Of a stretch of DNA of 32,000 nucleotides, positions 21,301 to 26,387 are shown piece after piece; positions within the stretch are counted from its first letter, which is position 1, and the number at the start of each line of letters is the position of its first letter. The DNA is taken from assembly GCA_030668875.1 (NCBI GenBank), contig DAOVER010000026.1:1-32000 (forward strand), written 5' to 3'. Under the pieces are notes generated by a model. That model was not told the DNA's origin. It did not search any database and worked only from the letters and a program-made list of their open reading frames with translations. This stretch comes from Candidatus Heimdallarchaeota archaeon (GTDB taxonomy: Archaea; Asgardarchaeota; Heimdallarchaeia; Heimdallarchaeales; Heimdallarchaeaceae). Both the position numbers and the translations under genes were made by a program.

Positions 21301-21986
21301 CAACTCTCAATCCTCAAGCAATAAAACTTGCTCAAAAAGACCAAATTGCACTAAAAGAAAAGCTTACCTACTTAACTGTTGAAGATGTTGAACGATTAGA
21401 ACAAAGTAACATCACTTCCATACAACAGTTATTGTTCCTTACAAAGGAAAATAAGACCACCTCTTCGCTCCAGCGAAGTAATGTGAAGAAATTCATCCAG
21501 CTACTTGGAATGCCTTTAAATGCAATAGATATACAAGAGACAATTATTAAACAGCTAGAACAACAAGGTATCACTTTAGTAAAAGATTTCATTATTTATC
21601 CAGCAGAACCTATGGCTGGCAAAGTAGATTTAAGCTATGTTATGATTAAAAGGATTAAGGGAAGACTCCCCTTAGCTACAAAAAAGAAGGCTAAGAAATC
21701 TTCTCAAAAAACTTCTTCAGCAAAACCTACAACCACAAAGAAAACTACAATTGCCAAGAAATCAGTAACAACTCAACGAAAAGCTAAGACAACAACCGCC
21801 TCTTCTAAACCAAAACCAAAAGCTAAGGTTAAGCCAAAAGCTAAAGCTAAACCAAAACCAAAACCAAAATCAACTAAACAGATGACTTTGATGGATATGA
21901 AATCTACTTCAAAAAAGAAATCATCTCCAACTTCAAAAACGAGAAAAAGCTCAAAAACCACTACGAAAAAAGGTGAAAAATCATGA
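9357..21986 (+). CDS. top6B: DNA topoisomerase VI subunit B with a giant (~3600 aa) C-terminal extension of HhH-like repeats and a Lys-rich tail
   Basis: The first ~540 aa match Top6B: SAAAFFNDNKAIAGF, GHKL N-box RELVENGLDA, DNGVG, GTKY..QTRGRFGLGA, H2TH, RYANRIPL, KIPFPETSKEYI, EIRLALMQLGRRL. The single uninterrupted 12.6-kb ORF ends in an ATGA overlap with top6A. Confidence 0.93.
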   Translation: MSDDKRAKKMSAAAFFNDNKAIAGFGNSMRAVFTSIRELVENGLDAAEIRGVNPVISIYLRKLSSREINDLLDVTQYKKLEKHLDFLQLTCRDNGVGVPSNQIADLFGRVLTGTKYGVIQTRGRFGLGAKMCLLHSMSSVDLPARIKSRYFMDDMTHELHLMIDLERNQPIVMEQREYLSGDPNALEEPGVEISITFTGAWRLAKNSVKEYFRQLAIITPYASFDIKVPGDKEGEFEELHYVNVVDDMPPPPQHIKIHPWGCDITQFKAELSSTKTKKMKAFLAEHFMGVTNEIAEDFFQLLEIDPNKSPSNITSKEIRRIVHEGFIKAYQEAKDVKRKRDRIFQFDPPRGDALSPLGAGRLRKGLEKELQPKFVEAVTRPPKAYSGHPFAIEATMGYGGSVNEAAQAKGATVNDNKIIYRYANRIPLIFGAGNDVITQVVSSIRWNDYGLTRQSDPLAIAVSLVSTKIPFPETSKEYISNVPEIEEEIRLALMQLGRRLKTFLSRAKRRKREHARLSRFVKSAPVIIENLTQILEDENLKFTDFRLETDRISASLAHGSPKKVRLYMPIGTRLFGANVWCPNNIQTALKNNNIESVSEFLLKDSKELAAFLQMTKAQIYDIKLRTISELDRDNLSPSFDTKTLVSRLVERRFSSEGERRYISLKDALYRRWIQNVYHYLATDFDKLRAVSGMLEKFFETKKDELLNDYLAKGAKTGKNTISTIDKAIATFNTVSDLKKEQLYPPFKYLKSETDNVLGEDLSIEEFLYQTVQPTSINYHPEITRTLIEYLKIVFTQITNKFPAFAASNITRMKPDWTDGYTKNAFHRRKIKTVNDFLNHSTDDLIDIKELERILYEQYIELIASNSKSVPLKDFSFVEIQQLKEDETLVMKDLAKHGIKTLAQFLSCTSEKILLKKFNTLGTLLLKESKFKLSANLHDTNRIVDQSHIKIIPENVETEFVRNQIFTTSSFLAKSSVILKKMGMKKKDIERAKKELGTPLQNWVDHDEILKKCGIVILEELFFNDSSEYNLTPEEKKKYDENIIFLRSPLIFALPELRSSSHLLTEIGINNIGRFLIWSNSELSDILYLSVNEIKALKKKIVYQKQIQSRDELGKGLTLLSRHYPNLVKYFDKEAPSIQDLYYAYQSENFSFNTGFWKKLYKLSELSQQEAIDLVHLYPKNFKDIDTLKEALLRLKSRNVETIRQFMELQPEIIESKLSVSKERKVARALYDTIRSRRFEGEQELHKQILLLSEYDEFQRNFGSPISRIPELALEELEKFRSHDILAVHQIFDHTVDEIATVLGREKGSVQQFMSSFTLLQKGTPFFEKVDRNKYKSLVSFEFEDLERFSSIEIQSLIQAGYASVDQIFYLTHPLTFSSSILNWNVVDKFRKLLRSPLTLVTWEKTVKTKTFDETENKEVEVEDVQISTLTTLQLNILQNQGISRIIDLLVSKPETLAEALSISMEEAKILQKDIRISDTGTDLAELDIFKSEIVDKLEENNVLTLEDLYFSTSKSKWRVKEVPWDIIESFKSILNLPLAHLSDMLDEDILTALEDANVKTLLGFMLTTPESLMNKTGIPDERFETIKRGMDISDIFSYFSLPSYFLPGLTFQQTEILKENGLKSVAEFIISSPQKINKLIKVPAKQFREITADLTTQSLQALYDEKGIFAFETKLFDKMEQRLLGRDSIFEFDRFQTIQEMYYTLNRDFYQNNQDLWEKVSAIQKVLSLPLHIFTEISEYALEIMSQNGINYVYQLLFIHDSDITDPLLFRTVSTYSSKIIEMRAFHYFSKLPAFVYNSNYFKRILKDTVNKSLSDVITDEKVIKDLAAKDKQYLYENYNLTIIRSILELPLRITPYFTRIKKVRRDEYKNTKIGDVFDIDLEEHSALSSFYSRLYEENSFNKLISQLTIPISSMGLPRELALKLSKSSIGTLIDFYSTPEKQVSEITGFSQKNIREIKDGLTYSNIVSFRVSQAHKIKPSSFVSEKQIFDLMGKSISDIESLFYSAEHLGISKLLPLENYKKIKEILSGSIRFVGFLSFDEIRRLEYHNINSIIDFALLSKKDLFTITQNPIYKEFHVLDLISFDELSEKRIQAAIPLSLCPSIEEDYLEKIKEIGINSIQDFISRMTEIRESHPHLVKLDIFREVQMYLSSVAYIGLNNESVQKLIYSGVGDILSFITEDPSTISLILGISEKQVDKYVKLAVPSNLVEKVDNKGVLLTEFSGLSRGRRNSLLKSGKETVQDLFSSRYQAYSQSNISDALMSEFIESCNMSLYRIEEIEPGIKAKLSKSGITRIIDLFCSTDAGLKKALDGKLPKEFKQIRKGHFTLTKGIPLSLNEPLQDIIRELNIEPSNKKIEDMFGFVPEFLLQFTESERIEKDKNLAFLEQIVSFLSLNILSLPSFDTTTKLILWNRGIRHIIELLSTNMNKIDGIPYQVISEVRSYQKNFSLSRSMSETFSPYIDDVLNLPVKKQIRFQNYGLTSALLLVDFIPHPIFSFTANEQSILRIISNNMFKPITWLSSDVSFKIEDINLLIQNRAINILSALLLLSDQDDTKALDTLSNKYYKPISAYLNSSVLQLSAPEWALQLSNTKIITDANSLKLLKKENISYLDEFLTLESKFLNNPNLITDVLPKLLSLKSLPISSISDLSPSNIQKLKRSRINNVYEFLVVPAPLLSNLLSISVENVNATKSSIDLSSLEKTAKLTGLDLELFPELSQDSRIILQRRGCVSLNQASKMDLDLIPLLSEDKLLLQNLIAMLFTPTTLIGKILKLTKNEIDELLIRDVCTYVDLLELPQKTWPAKIRKSLSDKDSDPTYLIKNLQNLEKFGVPIEKLDLAKSVTKALVDAGIVTIDHLYYLPITYVSARSKVKQPILEEIKKKLSYNINFLQDISHTTLAGCYSKDSFTIISCLIYWNNLSKEIRTDLEGSLDSIKLIEETRFIEPLTPTETKLESIGIHSLRSFILSPQIKKETGLATKLLPSLLANIRFLSLDPKQISRLKKTGFVTVADLLLNTSKTISVKSKLGKNAIDEILNNIKIDNLTSLIKSMEQEHLHDAFYLSTNDKTFLKSIGVYSLADLNEYTVLDWFVSKQKIQKIKKKINALLDTNILYYPGITSKQYAEVVEQYFMRNIFTIKDLMISTTVEKTSDLIEFLTIFSTNKPKIQSQYVTSLSFLKGIETKDLFEKNVKLEKSATINDLIVALYRNSEELTKKGDDIIKQINYPISFSSKLNLNEANDLRSKNILSYGDVLTKPVGYWGTFASAKLKKKILEILSTITSQNIENEGKKRVQLSSMKIFDTNLKKQLTSNYKTIDEVIHAIKTEDTKILKPLERKITKVLSTPISLLKLPKIKIKSWKRLISTVSTLEEFYLLTDQELVKILSSSKEEIVKLKINLGSENIILPPRIKENKIFTSSDVTELSANGISNYVQLFEVTIEISKLSTSLKDKIAFYKEFDVKQLDENIEETILLKDFVFLDFYADSLALSRIQKESVKNLSSLLLSRGTHLSKIFDIDLFDIDPNKDKSNLLNTTIEYFLLIEKYRPKVYTKIVESLQEKYSSQLNTLLSYLNRSPILLSGPNLSNINKIVKLPYENIKDLLLLSKEKLIREINDVAVQRNVRGLTLSVLKDLDSKLTYIPKEFLTAYEINQLKKENIYSFEEALVFNRKSTSRKSKPWLLSEKVRKISTINTLSLSSYLPSSKIQERLLKLKITNVYELVYYCQNTEKEEDLSLCQSVIQSVSSINIEEIETKERSRFTKFFNDPDILSYLRSQDIRTFGPLVHYLEQLEDEAFTPEIEKILSVMRFPVSVLSDNKKLVLKLEGEGYNQVVNLLIPAKIINSLKSNITENQKKVLTSLINMLTYQEICRIITKDHYPISKLSLIDDILLKELVKAGYASVAHLKSAETIIADTSKLNLQQISRIVRLFDSSIYYMSEMLKDYPQSAFTLYNKGVNTLWDIFLVGSKEISKITGISVRQITSYLSTLNPQAIKLAQKDQIALKEKLTYLTVEDVERLEQSNITSIQQLLFLTKENKTTSSLQRSNVKKFIQLLGMPLNAIDIQETIIKQLEQQGITLVKDFIIYPAEPMAGKVDLSYVMIKRIKGRLPLATKKKAKKSSQKTSSAKPTTTKKTTIAKKSVTTQRKAKTTTASSKPKPKAKVKPKAKAKPKPKPKSTKQMTLMDMKSTSKKKSSPTSKTRKSSKTTTKKGEKS
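11115..21670 (+). repeat. Roughly 50 degenerate protein repeats of the form L-x3-G-I-x-T-h-x-D-h (HhH_5 / RadA-N / NusA-AR-like)
   Basis: Examples: LQNQGISRIIDLLVSKPETLAEALSISMEEAKIL, LEDANVKTLLGFMLTTPESLMNKTGIPDERFETIK, LKKTGFVTVADLLLNTSKTISVKSKLGKNAIDEIL, LYNKGVNTLWDIFLVGSKEISKITGISVRQITSYL. Manual count, about +/-10. Confidence 0.75.
21675..21983 (+). repeat. Lys/Thr/Ser/Pro/Ala-rich low-complexity tail including (PK/AK)n
   Basis: KKKAKKSSQKTSSAKPTTTKK...KPKPKAKVKPKAKAKPKPKPK (21807-21869)...KKKSSPTSKTRKSSKTTTKK. Confidence 0.9.
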
Positions 21987-23392
21987 GTTCAGATCATAAA
22001 TTTGTTATTAGTAATTCAACAGTTTTACCTGCTATTGAGAGAACTGCTTCTTTTGATAAGGATATTCTAGTTAGAGAAATATACAGTTGGGCTAGAGAAA
22101 CATTTGACCTCAAACGAGGATCATATGTATTATTCTTAAGAAGCTTCAAGAAATGGCACAAACTTGAACCTACAAGAAAATTATCTAGATACAATCTCCA
22201 AAAGGAAACAATGAGCATTAGCATAAAAAACTCAGTTTCAATAGACAAACTACAATCCGTTAGAGAAGAACTAGAACATTTAACAAAATACTTAATGCCT
22301 TTTGGTGTTACTCACGTAGCAACCAAGAATTCACAAGAAACAAACAATCTTCTTGTTGAATATGCTTTAGATTTCCTAAATCAAGCAATGGTGTCACCTA
22401 ATGATGCAGCTTTTCAGATTCCATCTAGAGCGGGAACAAATGTAGGTTTTGATGAGGATCAAGAATTAGTTCTTATCGGTCGTCAAATGATTGATAGACA
22501 ATTTAGAAATTTAGCTTCAGTAAGTTCTGTTGAGCAAATGACCATTGTTATGAAACTCATTCACGATATTCTTTCCAGAGATATTCACAGTACTAAAAGA
22601 GATATATTCTATATGAATGTAAATGCATTTGATAAGCAGTCTGTTTCTGATTCTCTTATAGAAGATGTGGGAGCAATGTTACAAGTTACTCGTTCATCTT
22701 TGAATATTAGTGCTTCTTCCAAAGGGATTGTTGTTGGACGTATTAGTTTCAAAGAAAAAGGGGATCTCATAGATTGTCGTGCAATAGGAGCTGGCAAAGC
22801 TATATCACCAAATATTGATGATATAGAGAGTATGGAAACTGATGCAGAAATGTGTTTGGTTATTGAGAAGGATGCTGTCTTCAATAGGCTTGCAGAGGAT
22901 CAGTTCTATGATTATGTCCCAAGCATCCTCATAACAGCAAAAGGTCAACCGGATATAGCTACAAGACAATTTTTGAAGAAAATAAACGATGATCTCAGTC
23001 TACCTATATTTGCTATTATGGATGCCGACCCTTATGGTTTTGAAATTATGCGTGTATATAGCGTAGGGAGCAAAGCATTGAGCTTTGAATCAAGTCATCT
23101 AGCCGTACCTAGTATTAAATGGTTGGGTTTACTACCAAGTGATCTTTCTCCTGAAAGTGGATTTGATATTCCAAGAAGTGCTTTAATTAAAATGACTTCT
23201 AAAGACATTCATCGATCTAAACTGATGCTAGATGAGGAATTTGTCAAAAGAAAACCAAAATGGAAAGAGCAACTAGAAATCCAAATAGCAACTGGGTTTA
23301 AAGCTGAAATACAAGCACTTAATGCAAGAGACCCACAATATATTACTAATTTCTATCTTCCACAAAAAATTGAGGCGGGAGATTTTATCTAA
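21983..23392 (+). CDS. top6A: DNA topoisomerase VI subunit A (Spo11 homologue) with an N-terminal ubiquitin-like extension
   Basis: IPSR..TNV, STKRDIFY (catalytic Tyr position), Q..SD.LIED, TOPRIM VIEKDAVF and MDADPYG, KGQPD..TR, KAEIQAL. At 469 aa it is about 100 aa longer than usual at the N-terminus. Confidence 0.96.
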   Translation: MSSDHKFVISNSTVLPAIERTASFDKDILVREIYSWARETFDLKRGSYVLFLRSFKKWHKLEPTRKLSRYNLQKETMSISIKNSVSIDKLQSVREELEHLTKYLMPFGVTHVATKNSQETNNLLVEYALDFLNQAMVSPNDAAFQIPSRAGTNVGFDEDQELVLIGRQMIDRQFRNLASVSSVEQMTIVMKLIHDILSRDIHSTKRDIFYMNVNAFDKQSVSDSLIEDVGAMLQVTRSSLNISASSKGIVVGRISFKEKGDLIDCRAIGAGKAISPNIDDIESMETDAEMCLVIEKDAVFNRLAEDQFYDYVPSILITAKGQPDIATRQFLKKINDDLSLPIFAIMDADPYGFEIMRVYSVGSKALSFESSHLAVPSIKWLGLLPSDLSPESGFDIPRSALIKMTSKDIHRSKLMLDEEFVKRKPKWKEQLEIQIATGFKAEIQALNARDPQYITNFYLPQKIEAGDFI

Positions 23393-23421
23393 AATGATGT
23401 ACCTATCAGGATAAAGATTAG

Positions 23422-23428
23422 AAAAAAA
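23422..23428 (-). terminator. Possible T7 terminator for alba
   Basis: A7 on the plus strand (T7 on the minus strand) about 25 nt downstream of the alba stop, in the convergent gap. Confidence 0.35.
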
Positions 23429-23453
23429 GTTGGCGATTAAGAATCGTTGATCT

Positions 23454-23834
23454 TTACTTTAGCAGGACAATCTCAATTGTGGATACTGTTTTTGGACCAT
23501 AACCTTCTACATCACTTGGCAATTCTTCAGATCCTATAACCACTTTATCAATTACTACGCTGTCTATCGGGTATTTTCTACGAGCTATTTCAGCAACATC
23601 AACTGCTTTCGAGATTTGTCTTCCACGGGCTTGAATTCCACACTTATTATGTTTATTGAGTATTGTAATTGCAACTAAAACATAGCTAATCGTTGGTTTC
23701 TTTCCGATGTAAATAATATGACTCCGCTCTCTGTACTCAGTTGTGGGTTTAGTGGCTTCTTTAGGCGTTTCTTCTTTCTTAGCTTCTTCCTTAGCTTCTT
23801 TCTTAGCTTCTTCCTTAGCTTCTTCTTTACTCAT
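23454..23834 (-). CDS. albA: DNA/RNA-binding protein Alba with a charged repetitive N-terminal extension
   Basis: IYIGKKP..SYV, ARGRQISKAVDVAE, VVIGSE, VSTIEIVL. Start moved to ATG 23834 because AGGTGA (23840-23845, minus strand) is an SD 5 nt upstream and contains the track's GTG start. Confidence 0.95.
   Translation of the reverse strand: MSKEEAKEEAKKEAKEEAKKEETPKEATKPTTEYRERSHIIYIGKKPTISYVLVAITILNKHNKCGIQARGRQISKAVDVAEIARRKYPIDSVVIDKVVIGSEELPSDVEGYGPKTVSTIEIVLLK
23778..23825 (-). repeat. 12-bp tandem repeat x4 encoding the EAKE/EAKK units of Alba
   Basis: Plus strand: CTTAGCTTCTTC, CTTAGCTTCTTT, CTTAGCTTCTTC, CTTAGCTTCTTC. Confidence 0.9.
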
Positions 23835-23999
23835 GAATTTCACCTATATTCCATTGTCTGTCAAATGCTTCAGTATAAGCGTTATTAAAATGTCATTCCC
23901 ACGTTTAAAAATTTTTCCTCCTCCTTAAGTGACACACAAAAGAACAAATAAATACATTAAGGTAAAACAAGAATAGGGCTTAATAAGGCCAAAGGATGT

Positions 24000-25796
24000 T
24001 TGATAGATTTGAAGTTTCCAAGGTTCATAATTGATTCTTTAATCATTGTGCTAAGTATATCTTTGCTTACTTCTATTTATACTATCTTTGGGTGGTTTTT
24101 TCCTCTCTTTGAAAATTACATTATTATTCTTGATATCTTTGTTGGGATAGGTTTTATTATCTATGGATGGTTATTGAGACGATGGTTTCTTAAGAAGAAT
24201 CTTGATGAGAAAGATGGTTCATTGATACATTTTTTTAAGATAATTCTTCCAGTATTTGGTTTAATATTGGTCATTGTATTAGTAATTGGTTTATCTAATC
24301 TATCAAAGATAATTCTCCTAGCAATGATTTCTAACTATTTATTAAATATCTTTCAGATCTTTATTGTATCGATTCTAGTTGGGATTTTCACATTTACATT
24401 TATCGAGAATAATCTTGGAATTCTTCTTTTCAAAGAACCTGTAGTTGAACAAGAAGACAAGCTCGGTTCTGATTTAATGAGAAAGCAGCTAAAGAATCTC
24501 GTTGACAAACAATGGAAATATGGTATGATTATTCTATGGATATCTATTATGATAGCAAATCTACTAGTTTTTCTCGCATATCCTTCCATACCTGCAAATG
24601 AAGTGAGTTTTACCTATCAAAATCTTGATTTTAGTTTTCCTAATTTTGCGTTCACATTCAACACAGAAACAGGTTTTAATCAACAATTCTTCTCTAGTGT
24701 TTCTATCCCTTCATCTGCACTTCTAAATTGGAAATTAATTCAATCTCTCATCAGTCTTATTTTTCTGGGTTTGCTTGTTCTACTCATATATCTGCCTTAT
24801 TCAAAGATTTCAGTGGAAAAAAATAAGATTAATGTAAGTTCAGCACATACTGAAAATGTTCAAGAAATAGATGAGAAACTGGGTACTGTCCCAATTTCCT
24901 TAACCACTTCTGACATTATCGAACATTTCGATGATATGGACACTGAAATTCTAGCTTTTAAAGTTCTGTCTCCACAACCTACAAAAGAATACTTGCCTTC
25001 AAACATAATAAGCCCTAAATCAAGAGGAAGATTTTCAAAAACACTAAATAGAATGAAGAACAGTGATGTAATTCCAGTTATGAACCTGGCGAGCTTGAAT
25101 CTATTTCTGGCTCTCTATATTGTTAGTTTATTTGACAGATTGGGAATAATAACAAGTATTGCAAATGATGTGTTTCAAGATTCATATGCTCTATTAACAC
25201 ATCTTTACTGGGCTGGGTTAGCAGAAGAAGTATCATATCGTTTTCTTTTGTTTGGTGTTCCTTTGTTTGTCATTTATGGAGTAGTTTTTCTATTCATTTT
25301 CATTATAAAGAAGACACTAGTCAAAGAGAAGAAAGAAGAAGATCTTTCAAGATTTGCAATGTGGGTTAAATCCAAAACACCAATAAACCCCCTACTCTAT
25401 TTGAGTGGTAGATGGAAAAAACTGAGAATTCTTGATGTCATATTTCTATTACTTTCGTCATTCGGTTTTGGTTATGTTCACTATCAATTTGGTTGGGATG
25501 CATGGAAAATATTTCAAGCAGGAATCGCTGGAATTATTTTTGGTTATGCTTTCTTTAAATACGGATTACATGCTGCGATAATTTTGCACACAATAAATAA
25601 TTTTGTACTAGGAATGCTAGTATCTCTAAATCTTGGTTTTATGTTATCTGGTGGCATTCTGTTTATTGTTATTACTGTTGCTGGAATATTGGTATTGCTG
25701 AATTTAACAGCAAAGGCACTAACAGTATCTTTTAAATTCCTTAATACTATATTCAAAAGAAGTCAACCAAGTACTGATACCTCTAAACAAAAGTGA
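24000..25796 (+). CDS. CPBP-family (Abi/Rce1, type II CAAX-like) intramembrane glutamic endopeptidase with an extra N-terminal TM region
   Basis: AGLAEEVSYR (EExxxR), FGFGYVH (FxxxH), HAAIILHTINN (HxxxN); many TM segments. The TTG start is uncertain. Confidence 0.88.
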   Translation: MIDLKFPRFIIDSLIIVLSISLLTSIYTIFGWFFPLFENYIIILDIFVGIGFIIYGWLLRRWFLKKNLDEKDGSLIHFFKIILPVFGLILVIVLVIGLSNLSKIILLAMISNYLLNIFQIFIVSILVGIFTFTFIENNLGILLFKEPVVEQEDKLGSDLMRKQLKNLVDKQWKYGMIILWISIMIANLLVFLAYPSIPANEVSFTYQNLDFSFPNFAFTFNTETGFNQQFFSSVSIPSSALLNWKLIQSLISLIFLGLLVLLIYLPYSKISVEKNKINVSSAHTENVQEIDEKLGTVPISLTTSDIIEHFDDMDTEILAFKVLSPQPTKEYLPSNIISPKSRGRFSKTLNRMKNSDVIPVMNLASLNLFLALYIVSLFDRLGIITSIANDVFQDSYALLTHLYWAGLAEEVSYRFLLFGVPLFVIYGVVFLFIFIIKKTLVKEKKEEDLSRFAMWVKSKTPINPLLYLSGRWKKLRILDVIFLLLSSFGFGYVHYQFGWDAWKIFQAGIAGIIFGYAFFKYGLHAAIILHTINNFVLGMLVSLNLGFMLSGGILFIVITVAGILVLLNLTAKALTVSFKFLNTIFKRSQPSTDTSKQK

Positions 25797-25801
25797 AGAA
25801 T

Positions 25802-26386
25802 ATGAGCTACGGGCAAAAATTATTCCTTAAGGTAATCTTAGCAGGAGAAGCTGAAGTAGGAAAAACAAGTTTAAGACGTTCATATCTTGGAGAAGGATTT
25901 GTCAAAAGTCATCTTCAAACGATAGGTGCAGATTTTGCTTCATTACCAAAAACAGTCAAAGATTATAATGTTCTTTATCAGATTTGGGATGTAGCTGGAC
26001 AAGACATATTCGAAAATGTTCGGATGATGTACTATAAGGGTACCCTTGGTGCGATGATGGTATTTGACGCTACAAAAATTAATACTTTTAGAGCATTGGA
26101 TCGTTGGATAAAAGAGCTTGAGAAAGGTACAGAAAGAGGAATTGTTCCATTCTTCATCCTCGGCAATAAGATGGATTTAGTTACTCCTGCAAAAAAAACC
26201 AAACTAAAAGCAGAAGTCAATAAATACATAGCTGGGTTGAACAAAAAATATTCTGACAAGGGATTTACTGTAGAGTATATTGAAACTTCTGCTAAAACCG
26301 GTGATAATGTCCATTCCGCTTTTGAACAATTAGGAGTCAAGATTATAGATTATATTCAACATCGAAAGAAAATGAGGGGTAAATAG
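25802..26386 (+). CDS. Rab-like small GTPase (Ras superfamily)
   Basis: G1 GEAEVGKTS, G2 QTIG, G3 WDVAGQ, G4 NKMD, G5 ETSAK. RabF-like IGADF, YQIW, YYKG, MVFDAT. No C-terminal Cys. ATG at 25802 preferred; an overlapping GTG at 25793 is the alternative. Confidence 0.93.
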   Translation: MSYGQKLFLKVILAGEAEVGKTSLRRSYLGEGFVKSHLQTIGADFASLPKTVKDYNVLYQIWDVAGQDIFENVRMMYYKGTLGAMMVFDATKINTFRALDRWIKELEKGTERGIVPFFILGNKMDLVTPAKKTKLKAEVNKYIAGLNKKYSDKGFTVEYIETSAKTGDNVHSAFEQLGVKIIDYIQHRKKMRGK

Positions 26387-26387
26387 A

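Noticed and set aside
10970-21986. Intein, embedded mobile element or stop-codon readthrough as the explanation for Top6B length
   Set aside because: The extra sequence is C-terminal rather than inserted in a conserved motif. I saw no intein terminal HN-C/S/T or LAGLIDADG blocks, no transposase motifs and no in-frame stops.
5808-23825. CRISPR array among the tandem repeats
   Set aside because: The repeats are spacer-less, in-frame coding microsatellites (15 bp, 12 bp, 6 bp). No repeat-spacer pattern or cas genes were seen.
23835-23843. GTG start of Alba at 23843, as given in the ORF track
   Set aside because: That GTG is part of the AGGTGA Shine-Dalgarno sequence positioned 5 nt upstream of ATG 23834.
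25802-26386. Rce1-type CAAX processing or prenylation of the Rab-like GTPase by the adjacent CPBP protease
   Set aside because: The GTPase ends IQHRKKMRGK with no C-terminal Cys/CAAX/CC motif, so classical prenyl-dependent processing is unsupported.
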